Source of the DNA: Alphaproteobacteria bacterium
GTDB lineage: Bacteria > Pseudomonadota > Alphaproteobacteria > MPNO01
Length of the DNA: 64,000 nt
Reading direction: 5' to 3'
NCBI GenBank assembly: GCA_964291675.2
Contig: OZ219865.1
Coordinates: 672,001-736,000 of the forward strand
In this document: positions 37,798 through 47,326 of the stretch, in pieces
Position numbering within the stretch: the stretch's first letter is position 1
How the letters are laid out: each line of letters opens with the position of its first letter
Position numbers and translations under genes: made by a program
Notes under the pieces: model-generated
The model's database searches: none
The model's input: the letters and a program-made list of their open reading frames with translations, nothing else
Told to the model about the DNA's origin: nothing

Positions 37798-39119
37798 GCG
37801 ACGCTGCGGCAGGCCGCGTCGAGCGCCTTCAGGGTCTGCTCGAAATCGTCCTCCCCGTGCGCCGCCGAGACGAAGCGCCGCACATTGGGCAGCACGTAGA
37901 TCCCGCCCTGGAGCAGGGCGAGGTCGAGCGCGCGGCTCGCCGCCCGGTCCGAGGCCATGATGTCGCCGTGGTTCACCGGATGCCGGTCGGCGAACAGGAT
38001 CTGCCAGAGCGAGGCCTTGCCGGTGACGATGGCGGGCAGCCGGTGGCGGTCGAGCACGGCCTGGCACTCGGCGCCGAAGGCCTCCGCATCTCCATGCAGG
38101 CGGGCGTAGAAGCCGGGCTCGGACAGGATGTCGAGCGTCGCCATGCCGGTGGCCGAGCCGATCGGGCTGCCGTGCATGGTCCCCTTGACGTGGGCGTATT
38201 CCGGGGTGCCCTCCGCCGCCGGATCGGCGAGGTCGACGATCTCGGCCGGGCCGGCGACGGCGGACAGCGCGACGCCGCCGCCGATCACCTTGGCGTAGGC
38301 CGCGAGATCGGGCCGGATGCCGTAATACTCCTGCGCGCCGCCGAGGGCGAGCCGGAAGCCGGTCACGCACTCGTCGAACACCAGAAGCACGTCGTTGGCG
38401 TCGCAGATCTTCCTGAGCCCGGGCAGGAACCCGTCCAGCGGGAAGATCACCCGCTGCGCCGGCTCGACGATCACGCAGGCGAGGTCGTCCCGGTGTTCCG
38501 CGACGATCTTTTCGACGGTCTCCAGGTCGTTATAGGGCGCCACCAGCACGCAGTCGTGCAGCGGCCTCGGGATGCCGGCCGAATCGGGCTGGCCCTGCGG
38601 GTAGTTGGACAGCGCGTTCGGGATCACGCTGAAATTGGAGTAGTCGTGGTTGCCGTGAAAGGCGCCTTCGAATTTGAGGATCTTGTCGCGTCCGGTGAAG
38701 GCGCGGGCAAGGCGCAGCGCATAGGCCGTCGCCTCCGACCCGGTTGTGGCGAAGATCACCTTCTCCGCGCAGGGGATCGCGTCGACCAGGCGGTCGGCGA
38801 ACTGGAGCACCGGCTGGTGCGGGGCGCCGAACTGGTGCAGGCCCCGGACCACCTGCTCCTGGGCGGCGGCGACCACCGCGGGCGGCGCGTGGCCGAGGAT
38901 CAGCGCGCCGGCGCCGCCGACATAGTCGATGTACCAGTTGCCGTCGGTGTCCTGGAGCCTCGATCCCTCGCCCTTGCGGATCACGAAGCGGACGTCGTCC
39001 GGCAGCTTGTAGCCGCCGAACCCGCCACCCGGCAGCGCCCGTTCGGCGATCTCGAAATACGCCGCCTTGTCCATCGCGCCGGGGCGCTCGGGCGCCGCCT
39101 CGACCAGCGTGTCCGCCAT
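37794..39119 (-). CDS. Class III aminotransferase (GSA aminomutase-like)
   Basis: ILGHA, TGSEAT, FHGNHD, FDECVTGFR, YAKVIGGG. Confidence 0.92.
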   Translation of the reverse strand: MADTLVEAAPERPGAMDKAAYFEIAERALPGGGFGGYKLPDDVRFVIRKGEGSRLQDTDGNWYIDYVGGAGALILGHAPPAVVAAAQEQVVRGLHQFGAPHQPVLQFADRLVDAIPCAEKVIFATTGSEATAYALRLARAFTGRDKILKFEGAFHGNHDYSNFSVIPNALSNYPQGQPDSAGIPRPLHDCVLVAPYNDLETVEKIVAEHRDDLACVIVEPAQRVIFPLDGFLPGLRKICDANDVLLVFDECVTGFRLALGGAQEYYGIRPDLAAYAKVIGGGVALSAVAGPAEIVDLADPAAEGTPEYAHVKGTMHGSPIGSATGMATLDILSEPGFYARLHGDAEAFGAECQAVLDRHRLPAIVTGKASLWQILFADRHPVNHGDIMASDRAASRALDLALLQGGIYVLPNVRRFVSAAHGEDDFEQTLKALDAACRSVA

Positions 39120-39173
39120 CGTCACATCCTCGATTTCGCAGGGGTCCCGCGTCAGCGGCGCATAATGCCCGGC

Positions 39174-41216
39174 TCACCCTTCGGCCGGCAACCGGCAATC
39201 CAGCGACCCGGATTCGTGGACCGCGACCCGCCAGCGCGGCGGGATCACCGAGGTCCCGCCCGCCTCCTCGACGATCGCCGGCCCCTCCAGGGCGTAGCCG
39301 GCCGGCATCGCGGCGCGGTCGTAGACCGGGCAGTCGACCCAGCTCTCGTCGAACCAGACCGGGCGCCGTTCGAGCAGCGGATCGCCCCCGCGCTGCGGAC
39401 CGAAGGCGAGGATGGGCCGGTCGGCGAGGCCGCGCGAGACCAGCCGGATGTTGACGATTTCCGCGTCCGACGCGGTGTCGTCGTGGCCGAAGGTCCGCGC
39501 GTGGCTGGCGCCGAACGCGGTCCTGAGCTCGGCCAGCTCCACGGTCTCCGGGTCGCAGGGCACGGCGAGCGTGTAGGACTGGCCGACATAGCGCATGTCG
39601 ACGCTGAAATCGTGCCTGTGACGGTCGGGTACGAAGCCGTCGCCCTCCAGCAGCGCCCGGGCCTGGCTGCGCATGGCATCCGCCTCGGCGCGGAAATCGG
39701 CGACGTCGAGCGCCGCCAGCCGCCCGCCCCAGACCCGCACGAAGTCGCGCCGCAGATCGGCGAGAAGCTGCCCCAGCGCCGAGAGATGGCCGGGATAGCG
39801 GGGGATCAGGACGCGCGGGATGGCGAGCTCCTCGGCGACCAGGAAGACGTGCATCGGGCCCGCCCCGCCGAAGCCCAGCAGGCAGAAATCGCGCGGATCG
39901 AAGCCGCGATGGACCGAAACCTCGCGCACCGCGCCGGCCATCTTGGCGACGGCGACCCCGAGCACGCCGTCGGCGAGCCGGACGACATCCTCGGCATCGA
40001 GCGCGTCGGCGAGCCGGCGAAACGCGTCTTCCGCCAGCGCCTTCGACAGCCGCAGATCGCCGGCCAGCGCGCGATCGCCGGGCAGCCGGCCGAGGATCAG
40101 GTTGGCGTCCGAGATCGTCGCCTCGGCGCCGCCGCGCCCGTAGCAGGCGGGGCCGGGGATCGCGCCGGCGCTCCGCGGGCCGACTTCCAGCGTGCCGTCC
40201 TCCCGGATCCAGGCGATGGAGCCGCCGCCGGCGCCGATGGTGTGGATGTCGAGCTGCGGAACCTGGAGCGGATAGGCGTCGATCTGGTTGGCGTGGCTGA
40301 TCCGGGGCGTGAGCTCGTGGATCAGCGACACGTCGGTCGAGGTGCCGCCCATGTCGAAGGTGATGCAGGAGGCGACCCCCGCCATCTCGCAGATGCGCAC
40401 CGCCCCGCCGGCCCCGCCCACCGGGCCGGAGAGAAACGTGCCGGCGGCGAACTCCGCCGCCTTGGCCAGCGTCATCACGCCCCCGTTGGAGCCCATGATG
40501 CTGACCGGGGCGGCGATCCCCTGCCCTTCCAGCTCGGCGGTCAGCGTGTCGAGATAGTCGTCGATCACCGGCGTCAGATAGGCGTTGAGCACGCAGGTGG
40601 AGAAGCGTTCGAACTCGCCTTTCTCGCGCACCACCGCTGCCGATTGCGACACCGCGACGCCGTCGAGCGCCTGCGCCAGCGCGTCCGCGGCGCGGCGTTC
40701 GTTGGCGTCGTTGGCGTAGGCGTTGATGAAGCAGACCGCCACCGCTTCGCAGCCGCGCGCGCGCAGCCGCTCGGCGATGGCGGCGATCCCGTCCGGCTCG
40801 ACATCGGACAGGATGCCGCCGTCGGCCGCGACGCGCTCGCCGATCTCGAACCGCCGGTCGCGCGGCACCAGCGGCCTGGGGCGCTGGAATTTTATGTCGA
40901 ACAGCCCGCCGATCAGCCGCCTGGTGCGGCCGATCTCCAGCGTGTCGCGGAACCCTTCGGTGGTCACCAGCGCGGTCTTCGCGCCCTTGCGCTCGAGCAG
41001 GGTGTTGGTCGCGATGGTGGTGCCGTGCACGAAGACCCGGATCGCGCCGGCGTCGATGCCGAGCTCGGCCAGCGCGTTCAGCACGCCGCGCCACTGGCGG
41101 CCCGGCAAAGAGGGCACCTTGGCGGACAGCAGCCTCTCCCCGTCGAGGCAGAGAATGTCCGTAAAAGTCCCCCCCACATCGACCCCGATGCGGTATCCGG
41201 TCTGCGTTTCGGTCAT
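39174..41216 (-). CDS. Hydantoinase A / 5-oxoprolinase subunit
   Basis: DVGGTFTD, HGTTIATN, DMGGTSTD, GAGGGS, PGPACY. Confidence 0.95.
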   Translation of the reverse strand: MTETQTGYRIGVDVGGTFTDILCLDGERLLSAKVPSLPGRQWRGVLNALAELGIDAGAIRVFVHGTTIATNTLLERKGAKTALVTTEGFRDTLEIGRTRRLIGGLFDIKFQRPRPLVPRDRRFEIGERVAADGGILSDVEPDGIAAIAERLRARGCEAVAVCFINAYANDANERRAADALAQALDGVAVSQSAAVVREKGEFERFSTCVLNAYLTPVIDDYLDTLTAELEGQGIAAPVSIMGSNGGVMTLAKAAEFAAGTFLSGPVGGAGGAVRICEMAGVASCITFDMGGTSTDVSLIHELTPRISHANQIDAYPLQVPQLDIHTIGAGGGSIAWIREDGTLEVGPRSAGAIPGPACYGRGGAEATISDANLILGRLPGDRALAGDLRLSKALAEDAFRRLADALDAEDVVRLADGVLGVAVAKMAGAVREVSVHRGFDPRDFCLLGFGGAGPMHVFLVAEELAIPRVLIPRYPGHLSALGQLLADLRRDFVRVWGGRLAALDVADFRAEADAMRSQARALLEGDGFVPDRHRHDFSVDMRYVGQSYTLAVPCDPETVELAELRTAFGASHARTFGHDDTASDAEIVNIRLVSRGLADRPILAFGPQRGGDPLLERRPVWFDESWVDCPVYDRAAMPAGYALEGPAIVEEAGGTSVIPPRWRVAVHESGSLDCRLPAEG

Positions 41217-41836
41217 GTCCGGTCGTTCTGACTACTGTTTCGGGCGCGGAAGCCGCTCCATTTAGCAGATCGGCCGCGGCGGCGTGAGGGGGGTCGCGGG
41301 ACCAGCATGCGCCGCAGCGTCGATCCCCGGTCGACGAAATGATGCTTGAGCGCCGCGCCGGCATGCCCCGCGACCAGGACGATCAGCCCGTAGGCCAGGT
41401 AGAAGTGGAGTTCGATGGCGAGGTCGCGGGTCCGCTCCGATATTTCGAACAGCGCGGGCAGCTCGAACACGCCGAACATGTCGATTCCCGCGCCCTCGGA
41501 GGTCGATATCGCGTAGCCGGTGACCGGGAGAAGCACGATGGCGGCGTTCAGGACCCAGTGCATCGCCGTCGCGCCCGCCCGCTCCCAGGCCCCGACCCCG
41601 GGGTCGAAGCCGGGGCCGCGGCCGGCGGCCCGCCAGCCGAGCTTGGCCGCCGCAAGCGCCAGCACCGCGATGCCGAACGCCTTGTGGAGCGCCAGCGACT
41701 CGTTGTACCAGGGATCGTAATAGGTGAGCCCCACCATCCAGGCGCCGAGCGCCACCAGGCCGATCGTGCCGAGGGCGATGGTCCAGTGCAGCGCGATCGA
41801 GACCAGACCGTAGCCGTCGGCGCCGTTGCGCCACAT
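41213..41836 (-). CDS. Cytochrome b561 (YceJ-like)
   Basis: LHW, HKAFG, MHW, LHFY, HAGAALKHHF heme ligands; follows YceI. Confidence 0.9.
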   Translation of the reverse strand: MWRNGADGYGLVSIALHWTIALGTIGLVALGAWMVGLTYYDPWYNESLALHKAFGIAVLALAAAKLGWRAAGRGPGFDPGVGAWERAGATAMHWVLNAAIVLLPVTGYAISTSEGAGIDMFGVFELPALFEISERTRDLAIELHFYLAYGLIVLVAGHAGAALKHHFVDRGSTLRRMLVPRPPSRRRGRSAKWSGFRARNSSQNDRT

Positions 41837-41851
41837 GGCGGCGCTCTCCGG

Positions 41852-42427
41852 CTAGTTGCGGATGCCCTCGATGGAGAGGAAGAACTGCATCGTCTCCGAC
41901 GCCGGGCCCAGCATGCGCCCGGCGTTGAAATCCCGCCGGTTGAGCGTCACCGTGCCCTCGAAGCCGGCCCGGTAGCCGCCCCAGGGATCGTCCCCCTCGC
42001 CCACCTTCTTCACCGCGATGGCGATCGGCCTGGTCACCCCCATCAGCGTGAGCTTGCCCGTCATCGTGCCGCCCCCGGCGCCGCCCTCGTAGCCGGTGCT
42101 GACGAAACCCGCCCTCGGGAACCTCTGCACGTTGAGGAAGCCCGGCGAGCGCAGATGCTTGTCGCGCTCGGCATGGCCGGTATCGATGCTGGCGGTCTCG
42201 ATCTCGACCGAGACGCTCTGGCCCGCCGGCCCCGCCGCGGGATCGAAGGTGAAGCTGCCGGAGATCCCGTCGAAGACGCCGACCATCCAGGAAAAGCCGA
42301 GATGGGAGATCTTGAACTGGACGACGCTGTGCGCCGGGTCGATGCGGTACTCGGCGGCGCGGCTCGCCGCGCCGGGGAATGCGATGACGGCCACGGCGAG
42401 CAGAGCCCCCAGGACGCGTGCGTTCAT
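41852..42427 (-). CDS. YceI family protein
   Basis: YRIDPAHS, HLGFS, RDKHLRS, DPWGGYRAGF. Confidence 0.95.
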   Translation of the reverse strand: MNARVLGALLAVAVIAFPGAASRAAEYRIDPAHSVVQFKISHLGFSWMVGVFDGISGSFTFDPAAGPAGQSVSVEIETASIDTGHAERDKHLRSPGFLNVQRFPRAGFVSTGYEGGAGGGTMTGKLTLMGVTRPIAIAVKKVGEGDDPWGGYRAGFEGTVTLNRRDFNAGRMLGPASETMQFFLSIEGIRN

Positions 42428-42449
42428 TGCGCAAACCTCCATGCGATGT

Positions 42450-43628
42450 TCAACCGGTACGAAACAGGCCCTCCGCCGGCGCGAGCTCGCGGCTGTCGGG
42501 GAAGACCGCGTCTTCGACGGCGGCCGGAGAGACGCCAAGGTGGCCGATCAGCACCCCCTTGAAAAGGCTCTCGTAGTCCGTGGTCGACCGGATGTCCCGC
42601 CCCTCGTGCAGTGCTGACGGGCCGAGACCCGGCCAGGCGCCGGCGATGCGCCCGCCCTTGACCGCGCCGCCCAGCAGGACGGCGAGCCCGCCGACCCCGT
42701 GATCGGTTCCCCGGCTGCCGTTCTCCGCCGCGGTACGCCCGAACTCGGAGACCACCATCACGGCGGTTTCGCGCCAGTCGCTCCCGAGCCCGTCCCTGAG
42801 GGCGACAAGCCCGGCGGACAATTGTTCGAACAGGCCGGAGAGCCGCCGGTCCTGGGCGAAATGCGTGTCCCAGCCCTGCGACTCCATCACCGCGACCCGC
42901 GGCCCCTCTGGACGGGAGAGCAGCTCCGCCGCCGCCTTCGCCGCGATTTCCAATTCCTTGCCGCGCCTCGCCCGCTCATCCATCGCCCCGTCCATGGCCG
43001 GCTGCATGCCGCCTCTCGCATCGGTCAGGGCGCGGGCGAACGGCGGGTCGCCGCGATAGGTGTAGGCCAGGCGCCGGAGAAAATCCTCATCCGCCTTCGG
43101 CAGCGGGCTGTCGGCCCAGGTGACCACCGGCGCAGCGCCGCGCAGCAGGAGGGGGATTGCCGGGCCCAGCGCGAGCCCGAGCCGGCGGTCGCCCCGTCCC
43201 AGGCTGGCGAGCGCGCGGTTGAGCCAGCCGTCGGCGGCGCCGAAGGGTATGCCGCTGCCGTTCTCCAGCAGGTTCTGGCCGTCGAAATGCGAGCGGTCCC
43301 GGTAGCGGGTGGCCGCCGCCGGAACCACCAGGAGCTCGCCCGCCGCGAACAGGCGGTGCAGCGGCGCCAGCGCCGGGTGGAGACCGAAATACCCGTCGAG
43401 GTCCAGCGCGCCGCCTTCTTCGCCCGGCGCCGCAACGGCGAGGTTGGGCCGCAGCTCCCGGTATTTGGCGTCGGCATGGGGAGGCACGGCGTGGAGGGCG
43501 TCGAGCCCGCCCCGCAGCACCACGAGGACGAACCTGCGCTCGGTCGGCGCCGCCGCGAGCGACAGGCGGGGCATTCCGGCCGCGGCTCCGGCGGCGCACA
43601 GCTTCAGAAAGATGCGGCGGTCGATCAT
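42450..43628 (-). CDS. DUF1501 family protein (Tat signal)
   Basis: LRGGLD, RSHFDGQ, GWDTH, SEFGRT, GTDHG. Confidence 0.92.
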   Translation of the reverse strand: MIDRRIFLKLCAAGAAAGMPRLSLAAAPTERRFVLVVLRGGLDALHAVPPHADAKYRELRPNLAVAAPGEEGGALDLDGYFGLHPALAPLHRLFAAGELLVVPAAATRYRDRSHFDGQNLLENGSGIPFGAADGWLNRALASLGRGDRRLGLALGPAIPLLLRGAAPVVTWADSPLPKADEDFLRRLAYTYRGDPPFARALTDARGGMQPAMDGAMDERARRGKELEIAAKAAAELLSRPEGPRVAVMESQGWDTHFAQDRRLSGLFEQLSAGLVALRDGLGSDWRETAVMVVSEFGRTAAENGSRGTDHGVGGLAVLLGGAVKGGRIAGAWPGLGPSALHEGRDIRSTTDYESLFKGVLIGHLGVSPAAVEDAVFPDSRELAPAEGLFRTG

Positions 43629-43630
43629 TG

Positions 43631-44977
43631 TCACCTCCTCTGGAACTCGGCGGCCGCCAGCACCAGCGCCACCCCGGCATCGCCCGACGGCGCGAGCTCG
43701 ACCATCCGCCTGGTCTCCGCCGAGGCCACCGGGCCGATCGAGCGATCGAGCAGGGCGGCCGGCGGTTCCGACTTCGACGCCCTGGCGGCGATGGCGCGGA
43801 GCCATTCGATCCGCCTGAGCAGCGCCTCGGGCGCGATCCAGTGCCGGGCCTCGTCGGGCCAGCCCTGCGGCGAGGGCGCGCTAAAAGGTTCCTGGCCCAT
43901 GATCCTGAGCGGCGTGCGCAGATCGCGGAAGCCGAACGCCTCGATGCCGAGCGTCCGCAGCGCCGATACCACCAGCTCGTAGGGCGTCTTGACCTTGGGC
44001 AGCGGGTCTCGCCACACGGCCTCGAGCCGGGCAAGCGCGCGGGAGACCTGCGCCAGGTCGCCGCCGCTGTCCCGGAAGACGCCGGCGATCCGCTCGATCT
44101 CGGGTTTCGGCGGATCGTCGGCCACGAAATGCCGGACCAGCTTGGTCGCGACGAAGCGGGCGGTCGAGCTGTGGCGGGCGAGATCGCGCATCGCCGCCTT
44201 CGCCTGCTCCACGCCTTCCTCGGGATAAACCTTGCCGAGCACGGTTCTGGGGCCGGGCTCGTGCATCTCGTGCCTGAAGACGAAGCCGCCGGAAACCGGC
44301 ACGTCCCGGCGCCGGCCGACCATCCCGCCATGGGTCCAGCCGGTCAGCGCCTTGGCGAGCTCGGTCACGTCGGATTGCGCATACCCGCCATCCACCCCCA
44401 GCGTGTGGAGCTCCAGGATCTCGCGGGCGAGGTTCTCGTTGATCCCGCGCCCGGTACGCTGCCCGATCCGGGAGTTGGGCCCGAAGGACAGGTTGTTGTC
44501 GAGATAGGACAACATGCAGACATGGCCGGCCACGGCCAGCAGCATGTCCTCGAACCGGCCGAAGACGTGCGGGCGGATCGCCTCGCGCTCGTAGGCGGGC
44601 AGCGCCGGGCCGACGATCGCCTTGGTGCGCGATACCGTGAAATGGTTCGACCAGAACAGCACCATGCGCTCGACGAAGGGCGTGCGCGTCGTCACCGCAT
44701 GCCGCGCGCGGGCGGCGATCTCGGGCGCGAAGCTCTCCCGGTAGTGGCGGCGCGCGGTATCGCGCAGCGCTTCCGGGCCCTCCAGCCGCGCCTCGTGGAT
44801 CTGCTCCACGATCGAGGCCGCGCCCGGGAAGGCAGCGAGAGAGTCCGGCACCCGCTGCCGGGGGACGATCTGCCGTTCGATCCACCCGATGGGATCGGCC
44901 GCGACCGACTCCGCATCGCCCGGCCCGGCTCCGAGGCCGAAGCGGTTGAGCGCGATATAGCTCGCAAGGTCCTGCAT
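43631..44977 (-). CDS. DUF1800 family protein
   Basis: ERMVLFWSNHF, YLDN, NENLAREILELHTLG, TGW. Confidence 0.93.
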   Translation of the reverse strand: MQDLASYIALNRFGLGAGPGDAESVAADPIGWIERQIVPRQRVPDSLAAFPGAASIVEQIHEARLEGPEALRDTARRHYRESFAPEIAARARHAVTTRTPFVERMVLFWSNHFTVSRTKAIVGPALPAYEREAIRPHVFGRFEDMLLAVAGHVCMLSYLDNNLSFGPNSRIGQRTGRGINENLAREILELHTLGVDGGYAQSDVTELAKALTGWTHGGMVGRRRDVPVSGGFVFRHEMHEPGPRTVLGKVYPEEGVEQAKAAMRDLARHSSTARFVATKLVRHFVADDPPKPEIERIAGVFRDSGGDLAQVSRALARLEAVWRDPLPKVKTPYELVVSALRTLGIEAFGFRDLRTPLRIMGQEPFSAPSPQGWPDEARHWIAPEALLRRIEWLRAIAARASKSEPPAALLDRSIGPVASAETRRMVELAPSGDAGVALVLAAAEFQRR

Positions 44978-45086
44978 GGCGATCGTCCTCCACCTCTCCC
45001 TGACACGCGCGGGACGGCGATATCCGTCGCCTCCGGGGAGAGGCTTGGTGCGGAGGTTGAAGCCCGGGGCATGTGTGCGTATGTTT

Positions 45087-45104
45087 TCCTTACAATCTTA
45101 CTAT
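45087..45104 (+). promoter_or_regulatory. Candidate TA operator (CTTAC repeats)
   Basis: TCCTTACAATCTTACTAT immediately upstream of the AbrB-type antitoxin. Confidence 0.45.
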
Positions 45105-45115
45105 CGGAAGACCCT

Positions 45116-45352
45116 ATGCTGGCCAAGCTCACCTCCAAGAACCAGCTGACGCTGCCGAAGGCGGTCCTGGCGTTCTGTCCGGGAACCGAGTATTTCGAAG
45201 TCTCGCAGGACAAGGGAAGGATCGTGCTGACTCCCGTACGCCTCAACCGGGCCGATGCCGTACGCGCCAAGCTCGCCGAGCTTGGCATCGGCGAGGAAGA
45301 CGCGGCCGACGCGGTCGCATGGGCCCGCAGCGGAGACCGCAAGACCGGATGA
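45116..45352 (+). CDS. AbrB/MazE-family antitoxin
   Basis: MLAKLTSKNQLTLPK...GRIVLTPV; ATGA overlap with PIN gene. Confidence 0.9.
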   Translation: MLAKLTSKNQLTLPKAVLAFCPGTEYFEVSQDKGRIVLTPVRLNRADAVRAKLAELGIGEEDAADAVAWARSGDRKTG

Positions 45353-45777
45353 CGGCGCCGCGCGTGGTGCTCGACACCAATGTACTGCTCTCGGCATTGC
45401 TGTTCCCTGCGCACTCGCTTGCCTGGCTGCGGCACGCCTGGCAATCGGGCTCCATCATCCCGCTGGCCAGCCGGGCCACGACGGAAGAGCTGATCCGCGT
45501 CCTCGCCTATCCTAAGTTCGCTCTGGCCGAGGACGACCGCGAAGACCTTCTGGGCGACTACCTGCCCTGGTGCGAGGCTTACGCCGTCCCCGACTTGACG
45601 GGACTTCCCCATTGCCGCGATCCGTTCGACCGGCCCTTCCTCGCCCTGGCCCTCGCCGCCAAGGCCGACGCGCTGGTGACCGGCGACAAGGGTCTGCTGG
45701 CGCTGGCAGGCGGCTTCGACGTTCCGATCCTGACGCCGGTCGCGTTCAGGAAACGCCTGGCCGAAGGGAGGGGGTGA
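45349..45777 (+). CDS. PIN-domain toxin
   Basis: [31 protein letters not shown]. Confidence 0.9.
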   Translation: MTAPRVVLDTNVLLSALLFPAHSLAWLRHAWQSGSIIPLASRATTEELIRVLAYPKFALAEDDREDLLGDYLPWCEAYAVPDLTGLPHCRDPFDRPFLALALAAKADALVTGDKGLLALAGGFDVPILTPVAFRKRLAEGRG

Positions 45778-45789
45778 TACCGGCACCCC

Positions 45790-47234
45790 TCAGGGCGAAC
45801 TGTCGCCATCCCCCGCCCCCCGGCTCCGCAACAGCCGCAGCACCGCGTCCGCCGCCCGGTCGGCCGGGAGCGCCGTCGTATCGATGCGCAAATCCGGGGT
45901 CTCCGGCGGCTCGTAGGGCGAATCGATCCCGGTGAAGTTCGCCAGCTCTCCGCGCCGCGCCTTGGCGTAGAGCCCCCTGGGGTCGCGCGCCTCGCAGACT
46001 TCGACGGGGGTGTCGACGAACACCTCGAAGAACTCCCCCCTCCTCCATCGTCCCCCGCGCCATCGCGCGTTCCGAGCGAAACGGGGAGATCAGGGCGACG
46101 ATGACGATCAGCCCGGCATCGACCATCAGCTTCGCGACCTCGGCCACCCGGCGGATGTTCTCGACCCGGTCCCGGTCGGTGAAGCCGAGATCCCGGCTGA
46201 GTCCGTGGCGCAGATTATTCCCGTCCAGCAGATAGGTGTGCCGCCCCGCCGCCTGGAGCTTCCGTTCCACGAGGTCGGCGACGGTCGACTTGCCCGCCCC
46301 CGGCAGCCCGGTCAGCCAGACCACGCAGGGTTCTTGGCCGAGCGCGCGCCCGCGCCGCCTTGTCGATCCCGGTCTCCTGCCAGGCGATGCTGGAAGCGCG
46401 GCGGAGCGCGAAGCGGAGCGCGCCGGCCCCCACCGTGGCGCCGCTGAACCGGTCGGCCAGCTCGAACGCGCCCGCCGCGCCGGTGGCGAACGGAACCGGA
46501 CGGTCGAGCGCGATCTTGCAATAGCCGATCTCGTTCGCCGCCAGCGTCTTGGCGGCGAGATGCCGCAGCGTCTCGATTTCGACCCGGTGCGTCAGGTCGG
46601 TCACCTGCGCGACGGCCGACGCGCCGGCGAAACGCGCCCGATAGGCCCGTCCGGGCAGCATCGGCTCGGCACCCGTCCAGATCAGGTCGACGGCGAACTG
46701 GTCGGCCGGTTGCGTCGGCCGGGTCCGCCCCGCCGCCGCATCGCCGCGATCGATCTCGGCGCCATCGAGCGCTTCGATCAGCGTCGGGCCGTCATACCGG
46801 CGGGCCGCCAAGACCTCCTCTCCCGCCCGCCCGGGGAGAGGCACGGCGTTCACGTCGTCGATCCCGAGCTCGCGCGCGAAGGCACGACATTCCTCGGCCA
46901 GGGCCGCGAACGCGTCGCCGCCGCAATCCGCCAGGTCCATCCTGTCGATCGCCAGGATCGCCCGGCGGATTCCGCTCAGCGCGGCGATGTGGAGCTGCCG
47001 CCGGGTCCCCGCCGGAACGCCCGCGCGGGCATCGACCATGACCAGGGCGAGGTCGGCGCCCGCCGCCGCGGCGAGGGAGCTTCGCGTGTACCGCCCGTCG
47101 CCGGGCATGTCGATGGCGACGAGGCGGCGGGTATCGGTCTCGAAAGGCAGGGCGGCGGCCGCCGCGCCGCAAACGATGACGCGGAGCTCCGGCTTCGAGC
47201 CGCCGAACCCGCCCGGGGCTTCGGCATCCGTCAC
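45790..47234 (-). pseudogene. cysNC: Degenerate CysN-CysC fusion (APS kinase), two frameshifts
   Basis: CysN-like IDMPG..RYTR, VDARAG, IDRMDL; APS kinase [27 protein letters not shown]...[11 protein letters not shown] split over three frames. Confidence 0.8.
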
Positions 47235-47326
47235 CGCCTTCTCGCCCTCATTTCGCCACCGTAGAGAACTTACCCCAAAACGCGTCCCATGTCAAGGATT
47301 ATTTTCCTGATACGCAATTTTTTAAG

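Noticed and set aside
37794-39119. Calling this hemL
   Set aside because: Catabolic context and divergence indicate a GSA-aminomutase-like paralog rather than the tetrapyrrole enzyme
37857-41231. 1124-aa plus-strand ORF and similar long ORFs (127-1902, 5476-7353, 19323-21083, 47639-50035, 56179-58683)
   Set aside because: Antisense or off-frame shadows of well-supported genes, expected in high-GC DNA
42450-44977. DUF1800-DUF1501 pair as a novel system
   Set aside because: Widespread, well-known gene pair; nothing unusual seen here
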